64,000 nucleotides of DNA from an uncultured Pseudomonadota bacterium (GTDB lineage: Bacteria > Oederibacteriota > Muellerivitia > Muellerivitales > Muellerivitaceae): the NCBI GenBank assembly GCA_963843375.1, contig CAWJKT010000004.1, positions 1 to 64,000 of the forward strand. The letters run 5' to 3'. Shown piece after piece: positions 1 to 11,243 of this stretch. The notes beneath the pieces are model-generated. The model was not told where the DNA came from. It ran no database searches and saw only the letters and a list, made by a program, of their open reading frames with translations. The position numbers and the translations under genes are program-made. Position 1 is the stretch's first letter; the number at the start of each line of letters is the position of its first letter.

Positions 1-523
1 CGCCGAACACCGATTCCAGCTGGCAAGTTTGCTGCAACGCACCAGATATTTCATTGCCAACCGTAGCCGCGTGAACGAAGGCGATGTCGCGCGCCACGAG
101 GTGATCTCGAGCCGCTTTTATGAGGGCGCCGCCGCCGGCACAGTGATGCTTGGAGAGGCACCCCGCTCTGAGGATTTCGAGGAACAGTTCGGCTGGCGGG
201 ACGCCGTCATTCCCCTGCCTTTCGATTCCCCCGACGTGGAGCGGACCTTGACTGAGCTCAACGCCGATCCTCTGCGGCTGGAGCGCGTGAGACGCGAGAA
301 TATCCGTCAATCCGCTCTCCGCCACGATTGGATCCACCGATTCCGAACGGTGCTGGAGACACTGGGCATTCCTCCTACGGAGGCATTGCTTGCGCGTGAG
401 GAGCGCCTGCGGACGCTTGCAGATTCGGTCAACGATGCGGCGCTTGCTGGTGCGAAGAAGCCCGGCCCGGTTGCCTATGGCCCGGCGGGTGGGCTGCGCA
501 AGACAGTCGAGAAGAAAGCCTGA
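1..523 (+). CDS. Glycosyltransferase (CgeB / Glyco_trans_1_2-like), C-terminal part, 5' end outside window
   Basis: SSRFYEGAAAGTVMLG and RHDWIHR motifs typical of CgeB-like GT C-termini; polysaccharide cluster context. Confidence 0.7.
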   Translation, partial: AEHRFQLASLLQRTRYFIANRSRVNEGDVARHEVISSRFYEGAAAGTVMLGEAPRSEDFEEQFGWRDAVIPLPFDSPDVERTLTELNADPLRLERVRRENIRQSALRHDWIHRFRTVLETLGIPPTEALLAREERLRTLADSVNDAALAGAKKPGPVAYGPAGGLRKTVEKKA

Positions 524-526
524 GAC

Positions 527-1767
527 CTATTGGGCTAAGCGCTCGGTCGGAGCATCGATGCGACGCTGTCCGAGAAGCGAAGCGTATTGCCCATCGAGTG
601 CCTGCCGATACCTGTCAACCCCCGCTCGCACATAGGGCTTGAGCCGGTCCAGTTCGCTCTCAAGTTCCTTGAATCGCTCAATCAGAGTCTCAGCATTCAG
701 GTCCGCAAGCGGAATACGGTAGCGTGCCAGGCCGAAGTCGCTGACCAGCGAGTCCAGCTTGGCGTGATCGGAAAGCGCCATGACGGGCTTGCCCTGAATA
801 AGCGCCATGACGAGGTTGTGATAGCGAGCCGAAATTACCAGCTCCGTCTCGGCGATCTGGCGCAGGACATCCGCGACGGTAAGCGCCGGCTGGACCATCA
901 ACAGCGGCTCCTGCGTCGCGATACCAAGCCCTGCCAGCAGCCCCACAAATTCGTCGACCACCGGGTTGTCGTAGTGCATGTCGCCGATCAGCAGCCGAAC
1001 GCTGTACCCATGGTCGTGCACCCATGAAATGAATTGCGCGATCGTGTGCAGGTACATCCGATGGGATTCCCGCATCCGGACTATCGGGCGATCCGAAGTA
1101 GTCCTTGAGTCCAAGTCCGATGATCCGCCGCTCGCCAGTGGATCCCGCGCGCGCAGGCAAACTACTCTGAGAAAGACCAAAAACCACGTCCGGATACACG
1201 AAATCTCGGCTGGTGTCAAAACCAATCCCCTCCAGGTAGTCTCGCGAAGCCTGATCGCGATAACTGCGGAAACTGGCGATGCCGAGGCTGCGCTTGATGA
1301 ACCAGCGACTGAGTGGATGACGGATGGGACCGACTCCAACGCTGAGAAACACCACTTTGGTGCGAAGGATTCCGGCCAGCACCGAGAGTCGGAAGAAATC
1401 ATATGGCCAACCCAGCGGCCCAGTCAGGTAGTCGTTGACAATGCCTGTGCCGGCAATGATGAAAACGTCCGAGTCCGGCCCAGCGGCCCAATGTTTCTGA
1501 CCCATTGTGCCACCTCGAGCGGTATCCAGCGAAAAATATGCGCAAGAACCGCGCAGATAGGCCTCTGCCCCTGCGATCCCCTGCGAACCACTGCGGCAGG
1601 CAGGGCCTCGATGTGATGGCGCGCGCTGAACATCCTGAGGATTCGTGCAGAAACACAAGTAACTGCGCATCCGGCTCGTACTGCAACACCTTCTCGATGA
1701 TCGCCTGAAGCGTGCACTCATTGCCGAGATTGCCGGCGCCAAAGTTTCCGTAAAAGCTAATTCTCAT
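527..1767 (-). CDS. Polysaccharide pyruvyl transferase family protein, split over several frames
   Basis: N-term YGNFGAGNLGNE (1399-1767 ORF), middle SVGVGP..FRSYRDQAS..VYPD (690-1742 ORF), C-term ISARYHNLVMALIQGKP (527-1402 ORF). Confidence 0.8.
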
Positions 1768-2376
1768 ATGTCCATTTGGACCCGGCCCGGCGCCACGCTT
1801 GAGTTCCTGTCCTCAAAACAGAATAGCATTCACTTCAGTTGCCAAGCTACCGATCAGCGGCGGCAATTCCTGCGCGAAATCCCAGTTCCAAGGCATACTT
1901 CCGGTGCATTTCCAACCTGGCCGGCACCAATTTGTGACGCACGTACCGGCCACTGGTACGCATCTCGGTGGCCAGCCAAAGTACAGCGCCCGCTGTGCGC
2001 TCTTGATTGGATCGAGAGATCGAATTCGAACGCCGATGAGACCTGGTGGCGCGATCGCTGTTCGGATGCGGCGGCGCTGGTACTTGCTCAGCCCCACGCC
2101 GGTAAGGTACGCGTAAGCCCATGAGCAGGCGCAAGCGCCCGGTCCACGATGCGGCGTGCGCGTCTCATCGGTGTTTGGATTGCCGTGAAATGGCACCGGC
2201 TGAGCGTCGCGAATGGGGGCTCTGTGCCAGTCAGGCGGCGGGTCCGCCGAACGGCGGACCTTCGATTCCCACGGGGTCAGCGCAATCAGTGATAACGATA
2301 AGTATGTCATATTCCGGGCTTTTCCATTTCGAATATCATGACAATCCCCACACTCGATGCCTGACTTGAAGCCCAA

Positions 2377-4542
2377 TTGAAACTCAAGGGTCCTCATCAG
2401 AGTGCGCTCCCATCGGAGTCGCATAATCAGGTTCCGCTCGCGCCTCGATCCACCGGCCATCGAGTCGGGAAGAAGGCCCTCGGCATCGTCATCGGAATTC
2501 TCATCCTGGCGTGCCTGCTGGTGGGACTTGAGTTCCGCTGGGCCGGACCCGTCGCCTTACGCAAACTCGTCGGCATGCTGCCCGAGGTGAGCTGGGCAGA
2601 CCTCGCGGACATCGGCCGTCCACGTGCCGGGTTCCGGCTCACCACACTGTTGCGAACGGGTGACCCCTACCTTTCCATTCACAATCCCGCACTTTCGGCA
2701 GCTGACCGAGCCCGCGGCCAGGAACTCTTTGGCGGCATCTGCTCCCGGTGTCATGGGCACGACGCAACCGGTGGCATGGGACCCGCGCTGGTCGGACGCT
2801 CCCTGGTTCACGGCCATAGCGATTGGGCGATGTACCGTACCATCACGGGCGGAGTGCCCGGCACAGCAATGGTCGGCGGCCTGATTTCGCGCGCGGACAC
2901 CTGGCGAGTGATCTCCTATCTACAGTACCTGAACTCCGCCCACGGTGTGTCCCACGCCGGCCCACCGAATGCAGGCACGGCAGCAATTGGCCCAGCACCG
3001 GAGGTCACTTATCGTGATCTGCTCAGTGCGGGCACGGACGCCGGTCGCTGGCTACTGCCCTCCGGGGCTTATGACTCGCAGCGGTTTTCGCCGGATAAGC
3101 AGATCGATACCAGTAATGTCTCGCGGCTGCGGGTCGGGTGGGTACACCAGTTTCCTACGGTTGCAGCAGCCAACGAATCGACTCCGGTGCTGGCCGGCAA
3201 CTACCTGTATGTGACGGTCCCGCCAGGTTCGGTCTACGCACTCGACGCGAAATCCGGCACCGAGATCTGGCACTACACACGCCAAATCCCGGCGGACATC
3301 CGAGTCTGCTGTATCGCCACCACCCGCGGCGTGTCCGTGTTCGGCAAGCGGGTCTACTTCGCCACCCTGGATGCCCATGTCGTTGCTCTGGACTCCACCA
3401 CCGGAGACCTCCTCTGGGATCGGGAAGTCATCGACTATTCAACCGGCTACAGCATCACCGCGGCGCCCCTACCCGTAGAGGACGTCGTGATCACGGGGAT
3501 CGCCGGAAGTGAATTTCCCACGCGCGGGTTCATCAGCGCCTACGACGCAGCGACGGGCGCGCCGCGCTGGCGTTTCTATACGGTTCCGGCGCCAGGGGAG
3601 CCGGGGAACGAAACCTGGGGCGGGGAATCATGGAAAACTGGGGGCGCTGCCACCTGGGGGTCCGGAGCCTACGATCCACAGCTCGGTCTGCTGTATTGGG
3701 GAACAGCTACCGGGGCCCCAGACTTCGATCACAGCAGGCGCCCCGGCGACAATCTTTACGCCAATTCAATGCTGGCCCTGAATGTGAAGACCGGAAGGCT
3801 GGTCTGGTACTTTCAGTTCCTTCCCGGGGAGGATCACGATTGGGACTCCACGCAGACCCCTTCTTTGATCAATGTCACCGAGGACGGGGTGGACCGCAAG
3901 CTGCTCGTCGTGGCCAATCGCGGCGGGTTCTTCTATGTGCTCGACCGTGCAACCGGCAAGTACCTGCGCAGTGTGCCCTTTGTGAATCAAACCTGGGCTA
4001 CTGGCATATCGGCCTCCGGCAGGCCGATTCGATCAGCGAATTCATCGCCGAGCAAGCAAGGCTCTTACGTTCTACCGAGCATGAACGGCGCGACCAATTG
4101 GTGGCCCTCGTCCTACAGTGAGGCTACGGGCTACTACTATGTCAATTCCGAAGAGCACGGCGGTTTGTTCTTCCTTACCGGTCCCGAGCGCGCCCGATCA
4201 GGACGCATGTACCTTGGCGGCACCCAGAACTATACGGAAGCGTTCGCGGCTTTTGTGTTGGCGATCGATCCCACTAGCGCGAGGATTGTCTGGAAGCATC
4301 CCAATGCCACCGTCAGCAGTCAGCCGCGCGGTGGCCTGTTATCCACCGCCGGGGGTTTGCTGTTCGGGTCTGACGGCCCGGTTTTCTATGCGATGGATGC
4401 CAGAGACGGGACGCGACTGTGGACATTCAACACCGGCGGCCACATCAGTGCTCCGCCCATTACCTTCCGCGATGGCGAGCGACAAATGGTGGCGGTAGTG
4501 GCAGGACAGGACCTTTTTACCTTCTCCCTTCCGCCGCAGTGA
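2377..4542 (+). CDS. Membrane-anchored cytochrome c / PQQ-dependent dehydrogenase fusion
   Basis: N-terminal TM helix, CSRCH heme motif, vicinal CC, repeated ALDAxTG..W propeller motifs, DHDWDS; true start may be slightly downstream. Confidence 0.85.
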   Translation: MKLKGPHQSALPSESHNQVPLAPRSTGHRVGKKALGIVIGILILACLLVGLEFRWAGPVALRKLVGMLPEVSWADLADIGRPRAGFRLTTLLRTGDPYLSIHNPALSAADRARGQELFGGICSRCHGHDATGGMGPALVGRSLVHGHSDWAMYRTITGGVPGTAMVGGLISRADTWRVISYLQYLNSAHGVSHAGPPNAGTAAIGPAPEVTYRDLLSAGTDAGRWLLPSGAYDSQRFSPDKQIDTSNVSRLRVGWVHQFPTVAAANESTPVLAGNYLYVTVPPGSVYALDAKSGTEIWHYTRQIPADIRVCCIATTRGVSVFGKRVYFATLDAHVVALDSTTGDLLWDREVIDYSTGYSITAAPLPVEDVVITGIAGSEFPTRGFISAYDAATGAPRWRFYTVPAPGEPGNETWGGESWKTGGAATWGSGAYDPQLGLLYWGTATGAPDFDHSRRPGDNLYANSMLALNVKTGRLVWYFQFLPGEDHDWDSTQTPSLINVTEDGVDRKLLVVANRGGFFYVLDRATGKYLRSVPFVNQTWATGISASGRPIRSANSSPSKQGSYVLPSMNGATNWWPSSYSEATGYYYVNSEEHGGLFFLTGPERARSGRMYLGGTQNYTEAFAAFVLAIDPTSARIVWKHPNATVSSQPRGGLLSTAGGLLFGSDGPVFYAMDARDGTRLWTFNTGGHISAPPITFRDGERQMVAVVAGQDLFTFSLPPQ

Positions 4543-4600
4543 GAGTCGAAGGCTCTGCCGCTGGCGAGGGCCTCCGGAACCGATAACAGGAGTCTGCTGC

Positions 4601-5968
4601 CTATTCGACCGTACTGAGAGCGATCTCCGCGACGTGGACCTTGCTCGTCGACGGCTTGATCGCCTCGGTCAGCCAGTTCTCGCCCCTGAAGTGCGCATAC
4701 TGCTCTGCCCGCAGCGTGTCCGCGATGCGTCCCGCCGGCAGTTCAACGTCCGCGTATCGCAGCGCCTGGTCCTTCGGTATATCGCGCTTGAGGCGGCAGC
4801 CTTCAACCAGACCTTCCGGCAGGTAGCGCTCGGAGCTCATCTCTTCCGCGTTTGCGGCCTCGCCATAGGTCATATACATGCCGTACTCATCGAGCACTTC
4901 GCCGGCCTTCAGGTCGCGTTTGGCGACTGCGCAGACTTCCACGACGGGTCCGCCGAGCGGTGGCGCAAGTTCGTCGTCAAACAGCACCACGCGGGCAATC
5001 GAGTTGGGAGCTTCGAAATGCACCAGGTGGTAGGGAATCCAGAATGGATAGAGCGGACCTTCGCCCATCTTGTAGAGATTGAGGTAGTGCCGCTGCTTGG
5101 GGTCGGAATGTTCGGCCAGCACGAACACCTTCACGCCCTGCGGCCCGACCGTGTAATCGATGATGCCGCCGATCTCACGGATGGCTTCCAGATCATACAA
5201 TTTCTGGATCTCCAAGATGTTGCCGTCGTAGACGCGTCCGCGGGACATGCCGCGGTTGAGCACCTTGAATCCCGTCGCATTGGCCACGATCGACTGCTCA
5301 AAGCTGATCTTGGACCCATCCGCGAAGGAGGTAACCATCCCGGCATTCTGGCCCCAACGTTCCGCCCAGCCGCGCTGCGTCGTCGGATTGCGATACGGAT
5401 CCTGAAGGCCCTTGACGTTGCCGATGACCCGCGGCGTGAGACCAAGCCCCTTCACCCAGCGCACGAGGTTCATCTGCACCCCGGGCTCGTCACCGTCGCA
5501 GGCGGACAGGATGGTTCCGTATTTCTTGGCATAGACGCGCAGGATCGGACCAAGAGTCGCATCCACCTCGGCATTCATCAGCACCACCGGCTTCTTGTGC
5601 TTGAATGCCTCCAGGATGATGCGCGCACCGAACTCCACCGAGCCGGTAACATCGACCACCACGTCGATATGCGGCGACCGGCAGATCGTATACGGATCCT
5701 CAGCGACAGCAGGCCGTCCCTTCAGTACCGCCTCATCCAGCTGTTGCTGGTTCGCGCAACCCACCACATCCGTGCAGCCGGCATATTGGTACACGCCGAA
5801 TGCCCGTTCCGATCGCCTGTTGTAGATGGCAGACATCCGCATGCCCGGCACACTGTTGACGATCTGGTTGGTCAGGCCCTGCCCCATGAACCCGGCGCCG
5901 ATCATGCCGACGCGGATAGGCTTGCCTGCTTCTTCCCGGGCCTTCAGGGCCCGATCTACGATAATCAT
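4601..5968 (-). CDS. NAD(P)-dependent oxidoreductase with C-terminal SAF domain (homoserine dehydrogenase-like)
   Basis: GAGFMG Rossmann motif, DGDEPG, AKRDLKAGEVLD SAF motif. Confidence 0.85.
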   Translation of the reverse strand: MIIVDRALKAREEAGKPIRVGMIGAGFMGQGLTNQIVNSVPGMRMSAIYNRRSERAFGVYQYAGCTDVVGCANQQQLDEAVLKGRPAVAEDPYTICRSPHIDVVVDVTGSVEFGARIILEAFKHKKPVVLMNAEVDATLGPILRVYAKKYGTILSACDGDEPGVQMNLVRWVKGLGLTPRVIGNVKGLQDPYRNPTTQRGWAERWGQNAGMVTSFADGSKISFEQSIVANATGFKVLNRGMSRGRVYDGNILEIQKLYDLEAIREIGGIIDYTVGPQGVKVFVLAEHSDPKQRHYLNLYKMGEGPLYPFWIPYHLVHFEAPNSIARVVLFDDELAPPLGGPVVEVCAVAKRDLKAGEVLDEYGMYMTYGEAANAEEMSSERYLPEGLVEGCRLKRDIPKDQALRYADVELPAGRIADTLRAEQYAHFRGENWLTEAIKPSTSKVHVAEIALSTVE

Positions 5969-5978
5969 TGCGAACTCC

Positions 5979-6542
5979 TCACAGCGTCATGCGGCGCTTC
6001 AGTTCAGATTCGATCTCGGAATACTGACGCCAGCTGGCGTCCTTATCGGACATAACACTGACAGGAAGGGGCCAGCGCAGGCCCAGACCTGGATCGTTGT
6101 ACATCAATCCACCCTCGACCCCGGGCGTATAGAACTCTCCGACCTGATAACTTGTTTCCGTGTTGTCAGCGAGCGCCTGATAGCCATGCGCAAAGCGCTC
6201 GGGTATGTAGATGGCGCGTCCATTTTCGGCGCTCAGCTCGACCTCAACGTGCGTCAGGAACGTCGGACTTTCGGGCCGGAGGTCCACGATGATATCCAGT
6301 ACGGCCCCGCGTGTTGCACGGACCAGCTTGGTCTCTGCCGACGGTGGATACTGAAAGTGCATGCCTCGAATCGTGCCTTTTAGCTTGTTAAAGCCGACGT
6401 TGGCCTGGGCGATGACCGGCTTAAGTCCGTGATCTGCGAATTCGTGCTGGCAGAAGGCCCGCGCGAAGTAGCCGCGCTTATCTTCGTTGCGCTGCAGGTC
6501 AAGGATAAACGCACCCTTGAGCTTAGTCTCGGTGAAAATCAT
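5979..6542 (-). CDS. rfbC: dTDP-4-dehydrorhamnose 3,5-epimerase family
   Basis: DKRGYFAR, GTIRGMHFQ, VDLRPESPT, FAHGYQAL motifs. Confidence 0.9.
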   Translation of the reverse strand: MIFTETKLKGAFILDLQRNEDKRGYFARAFCQHEFADHGLKPVIAQANVGFNKLKGTIRGMHFQYPPSAETKLVRATRGAVLDIIVDLRPESPTFLTHVEVELSAENGRAIYIPERFAHGYQALADNTETSYQVGEFYTPGVEGGLMYNDPGLGLRWPLPVSVMSDKDASWRQYSEIESELKRRMTL

Positions 6543-6674
6543 TCACGCTCCCAGGAGCTTCAATTTGCCAGCGTGGTCGATGCGCCCATGCAGGCCACGT
6601 CGTTTCATTATAGTGATTGGCGGGGCCAAGTCCCAATTTACCCCAGACCTCGGCGGCATAGGAGATGACACGAC

Positions 6675-7340
6675 TTATTCAGAGGACAGCGGTAGGACGA
6701 TCTTGCGGGCAAAGAAACCTTCGGCATGACCGCTGGGGGCACGGCATTCCACCCCGCGAAGGCGCGTCATTGCCAGGATTGTCTCCGGCGTGAACCAGTC
6801 CTTGCTGCGCTGGCTGCCGTAGGTGCGCATCAGCACGTCGACTTTCCGGTCGATTACGTCCCTGTCCAGCGGCACATAGGTATTGGGAGTTGTCAGGCCG
6901 CCATCCCATTTCACAATCTCGTATTCCAGAATGAGATGGCTGCGGAATGCCCCCCACACCATTTCATTCACCAACCGATGATCCTGGTGAGCATCGTGTT
7001 TATCGTGGCAGAAGATCAGGTCCGGCTCAAAGCGCCCGCGCAGGGGGCCGAAGAAGTCCTTCAGTTCGCCATACACGGTGGGCAGCCTGGAATCCGGAAA
7101 ACCGCCGAACACCAGTTCGCCGCGGCATCCCGGATCGATCAGCAACTCCATCGCAGCCCTGGTTTCGGCCCGACGCGACTCTTCGCCCGTCAGTACGACC
7201 CAATGTATGGTCAGATTGCTGCCGGTCTTCTGCAGCTGCAGCAGCGCACCACCACAGCCGATCTCGATGTCATCGCAGTGGGCACCGATACACAGGATGC
7301 GCCGCGGCTCAGGACCGGTCGAAAACGAAAAACCGATCAT
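6675..7340 (-). CDS. PIG-L family deacetylase
   Basis: AHCDDIEIGCGG and HQDH motifs. Confidence 0.9.
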   Translation of the reverse strand: MIGFSFSTGPEPRRILCIGAHCDDIEIGCGGALLQLQKTGSNLTIHWVVLTGEESRRAETRAAMELLIDPGCRGELVFGGFPDSRLPTVYGELKDFFGPLRGRFEPDLIFCHDKHDAHQDHRLVNEMVWGAFRSHLILEYEIVKWDGGLTTPNTYVPLDRDVIDRKVDVLMRTYGSQRSKDWFTPETILAMTRLRGVECRAPSGHAEGFFARKIVLPLSSE

Positions 7341-8143
7341 CAGTCCCGATCCTTGCCACCCTTTGTCGCATCATTCCAGAGCGTCCAGGGACACATCCCC
7401 TTGGCTTCCATGCGGTCGAAACTGATCTTGTCCTTGAAGGTGTCCATGCACTGCCAGAACCCTTCCCAGCGAAACGCAGTCAGGCGCTTCTGGGCGATCA
7501 GCCGGGAAAACGGCTTCTCCACCAGCTCCTCGCCTTCCTCAATGTTCGCGAAGATTTCCTTCCTCAAAACAAAGAAGCCACCGTTGATCAGCAGTGCCTG
7601 ATCGGGCATTGCACCCATGCTCCTGACTCTTCCATCAGGGTCCATCTGCACCGCATGAAAGCTCTGCGAGCTGTGGACGGCGACGAAGCTGCCGATGGCG
7701 TTGCTGGCGGAGAACTCGGCAATCTGCCGGTCGATGGGCAGATTGGACAGGCCGTCGGCATAGTTGGCGAGGAACATCTCCTCGTTTTCCACGTACTTCT
7801 TCACGCGCAGCAGCCGCTGGCCGATGTTGCTGTGCAGGCCGGTGTCGACGAAGGTGATCTTCCAGCCGCTGATGTCCTCGGAACGCAGTTCCACCGACTG
7901 GTCGGAGCAATTGAGCGTGAAGTCGTTGGTCATCTCCTCCCGATACTTCAGGAAGTACTCACGTACCAGATCGCCGCGATAGCCGAGACAGAGGATGAAT
8001 TCCTTGTGACCATAGTGCGCGTAGTAACGCATCAGGTGCCAGATGATCGGCCGATAGCCGATACTCACCAGGGGCTTCGGTATCGTGTCCGAATGCTCGC
8101 GCAAACGTGTGCCCAGACCACCGCAAAACAGTACGACTTTCAT
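7340..8143 (-). CDS. rfbF: Glucose-1-phosphate cytidylyltransferase
   Basis: GGLGTRL..PKPLV, INGGFFV, FWQCMDT motifs. Confidence 0.88.
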   Translation of the reverse strand: MKVVLFCGGLGTRLREHSDTIPKPLVSIGYRPIIWHLMRYYAHYGHKEFILCLGYRGDLVREYFLKYREEMTNDFTLNCSDQSVELRSEDISGWKITFVDTGLHSNIGQRLLRVKKYVENEEMFLANYADGLSNLPIDRQIAEFSASNAIGSFVAVHSSQSFHAVQMDPDGRVRSMGAMPDQALLINGGFFVLRKEIFANIEEGEELVEKPFSRLIAQKRLTAFRWEGFWQCMDTFKDKISFDRMEAKGMCPWTLWNDATKGGKDRD

Positions 8144-8144
8144 A

Positions 8145-9176
8145 TCAGCACCAGTACAGCTCGGAGTCGACCTGCTTGGTCTTCTGCAGATACTGCAATT
8201 GTTTCAGGCGAGTGAATGCGCGGTACTTGTACATTTCATCGGTGAATCCTATGCGCTGGAACAGCTCGTGCAGCTGCTTGGCGCCGTCCTTCGCCGTGTA
8301 GCGGCAGCTGAAGCCCGGCAGCTTGGCGTGAATCTTGTCGAAGTTGACGCGGTAGCTGCGATTGTCGCCGCCGCTGGGTCCGGTCGTGACTTCGCAGCCC
8401 GGAAATTCTGCTGCGATGATTGCGGCGATTTCGCGCACGCGATAATTGTCCCCGTTCTGGCCGACGTTGAAGATCTGCCCGCGCACAGCATCTTCCGGGG
8501 CCAGCAGGCTACGATAGATTGCCTCGCACATGTCGTTGACATGCACAACCGGGCGCCATGGGCTCCCGTCGCTGACCATGGCAATGCGTTTGGTGGTCCA
8601 TGCCAACGCCGACAGGTCGTTGATGACAATATCGAAGCGCATGCGCGGGGAAGGACCATACGCCGTGGCATTGCGCAGGAACACCGGACAAAAGTCATCA
8701 CCGGCCATCTTGCCGACATCGCGTTCCACCAGGGTCTTACATTTGGCGTACGCCGTTTGCGGGTTCGGGGGCGAGGTCTCGTCCAGGAAATCGCCCGTGC
8801 CCGCGCCGTAGACGCTGCACGACGAGGTATACACGAAGCGCGGGATACCAGACTTGCGTGCCAGCTCGGCGAGCCGCACCGAGCCCTTATGATTGATCTC
8901 GAAGGTTATATTCGGGTCGTTCTGGCCGAGTGGATCGTTGGAAAGCTCGGCCAGATGGGCCACTGCGTCCACGCCCTTCAGATCGTCAACGGTTATATGA
9001 CGCAAGTCCTTGTTGATCGTTAACGGAGTGCGCGCATGGGACTTGTTGTCGCTGTATAGCCAGCCATCGCGATAGAAACCGGTATCAAGGCCGATGACTT
9101 CGATGCCGCGTTCTAACAGATAGGGACCGAGGATGCTGCCCACATACCCATTGGTGCCCGTTACGAATACTTTCAC
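8145..9176 (-). CDS. NAD-dependent epimerase/dehydratase
   Basis: GTNGYVG, SSCSVYG, YAKCK catalytic motif. Confidence 0.9.
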   Translation of the reverse strand: MKVFVTGTNGYVGSILGPYLLERGIEVIGLDTGFYRDGWLYSDNKSHARTPLTINKDLRHITVDDLKGVDAVAHLAELSNDPLGQNDPNITFEINHKGSVRLAELARKSGIPRFVYTSSCSVYGAGTGDFLDETSPPNPQTAYAKCKTLVERDVGKMAGDDFCPVFLRNATAYGPSPRMRFDIVINDLSALAWTTKRIAMVSDGSPWRPVVHVNDMCEAIYRSLLAPEDAVRGQIFNVGQNGDNYRVREIAAIIAAEFPGCEVTTGPSGGDNRSYRVNFDKIHAKLPGFSCRYTAKDGAKQLHELFQRIGFTDEMYKYRAFTRLKQLQYLQKTKQVDSELYWC

Positions 9177-9468
9177 GTCGCACTCCTAGCGAATCGATAA
9201 CAGTGAGGGTCCAGATCGGCATGACAAAGTGGCAACCCAGCCGCAGGGCACGATCCGGGAGATACCGACCTCCTGGATTGCCATTTTGCGCACAGGTCTC
9301 TTCGCTCTTGCTCGCAAAGTCCACAATAGCGAGCCCATGTGGGGAAATATGCCAAATCTATCGCAAAAAGATACCTTCAGCGGCAACTTCGGCCTCCCTT
9401 GCGCCATTTGCCGTGATCGGACCGCAGACCGTCCCCGTCCAGGGCGGAAGCCTTGGTTTTACCGCAGC

Positions 9469-10813
9469 CTAATTGGCGGTCTGACCGGGCAATCTCACCG
9501 GCGCCGGCCCCGGCGGAACCTGCGCGGCACGGCCGTAGCCGACCGACAGCCACAGGCGATTCTCGGTATATTTGTCCACCTGCAGATCGCTGATGCCCTT
9601 GGCCAAATAATAGGCGAAAACAACCGAGAGGCTTTTCCCCGCGCGCCAGGTCAGTTGCAGCCCTGTGTCGGCTTCCGTGACGCTGTCACCTCCGGTGCTG
9701 AAATGCTCGCGGTCCAGATACTCGGTCAGCGCCAGTTGCAGAACCGGACTGATCTCCCGCGCCGCGCGTATGCTGGCCAGCGTCATGTCGTTGTTCAGCG
9801 TTTCCGCATTCGGGTACTCATCCCGGAAGTAGGATGCGGTCAGACCCAAAGTGGTGCGATCCCGCTGGAAGTTCCATGCCAGCGTTCCGTAGGTGATCAG
9901 GAACGGAGCACCGGCTTGCACCATGTTATGGGTGATGAATCCTGCTCCGCCCGCTTCCTGGACGAGTAGAAACGAATCGGCGCCGTCGGAGTAGTCGTGC
10001 CCGAAGGACAACCCTACGGTTGAGGAGGGGGTCACCCGCCGGGTGATATCCACTCGTGCGATGAAGGTGTTGTCATTGGTGCCGGTCAACTGTAGGTGAC
10101 CATATCCCAGATCGATTCCAAGTTCGGTGCGACTGCCCTTGGTATCGAGACGTGCAAAGGCCTCTTGCGTGTCATAGTCGGGATTGAGCTGTTCATCCTC
10201 GAAAATTATTCGCTCATCCTTGGCGTTGATGGAGACATTGGTGGTCGGGGACATCTCGTGAAGGAGGCCGACGATACCCGTCAGGCGGTTGCTGTTGAGC
10301 GGGGTTTGCTGGTAGTCCACCCGCCCGTACTGACCTGAAGCTAGCAGCTCCAACTCCCGTCCGAGAAGCGGCAGGGTCAGCACCGGACCCGTGCTCAGGT
10401 AGTTGATGTTCTCGCGATTGCCGGGCGTGATCGGTGCCAGCGGATCCAATGGGGTTTGTCCGAAGTTATCGTTGAGATCCCAGGACAACACATCCGTCAT
10501 GAGTTTGATCTTGGAGCTCCCGATGAAATTCCCGACGAACTCATTGCCGTAGGTGTTCTGAAGAAAGTTCAGATGGCTGAGGTCGGCATCGATGTCGGCG
10601 TCGAACCACGGCCGTTTGTCGTGCCAGGTCGAGATCCAACTCCTCCAAGGCGATTGTTTCATCGGTTCCGCCAGAGGGCAGACGCTGAATGTTGTCTGAC
10701 TCCATGACCCCAACCTGGATCTCGTAACCCGGGTCCGCGGCCTGCGCCCAGCGCGGGCCCATGCAGGCCACTGCAGCCAAGAGCGCAATCGTTGCTCCCG
10801 CTCGAAGCGGCAT
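9469..10813 (-). CDS. Outer-membrane beta-barrel protein, probably polysaccharide export associated; one frameshift near 10630
   Basis: Signal peptide and ESDNI motif in the 10541-10894 frame, continuing as amphipathic beta strands in the 9469-10788 frame ending YTENRLWLSVGY. Confidence 0.65.
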
Positions 10814-11243
10814 TATCGAGTGGCATGATGACTCCCTGCCATTATTGTTTCCTGAGTTGTTTAGTGAAGCACGGGTTGCCGCCCAAACCGGCACCTTGGA
10901 TTTTGACCTAGTGTAACGCGCAAAAGCTCGAGCTTTCTCGTGTCAATGTCTGTCAGCCGACGGCGGTACTTGATGTCTTCCGGTACGGCAAGCCGGATGC
11001 ATTAACATATTTCAGGCTGCTGCCCAGTGAGGTTCTGGCCTACGGTGTGGCGGAATCGGACAGTCTGTGCACACGCATCGCTAGTTTTCCGGCAAAGGTG
11101 CGTATGCGCTTGCCTGCCACGGACGTTATAGCCACACTAAGCGCACCGATCGGCTGGTTTGCCACAAGCAATTCTAATCCCAGCCCGCTTCGGAGTGAAA
11201 TGCGTTTGCTTTGGGCGCGATGCGCCCGGGGTCTTTATCGATA

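Noticed and set aside
1768..2376. Possible gene upstream of the pyruvyl transferase
   Set aside because: Only conflicting short ORFs with no recognisable motif; may be frameshifted but cannot be called.
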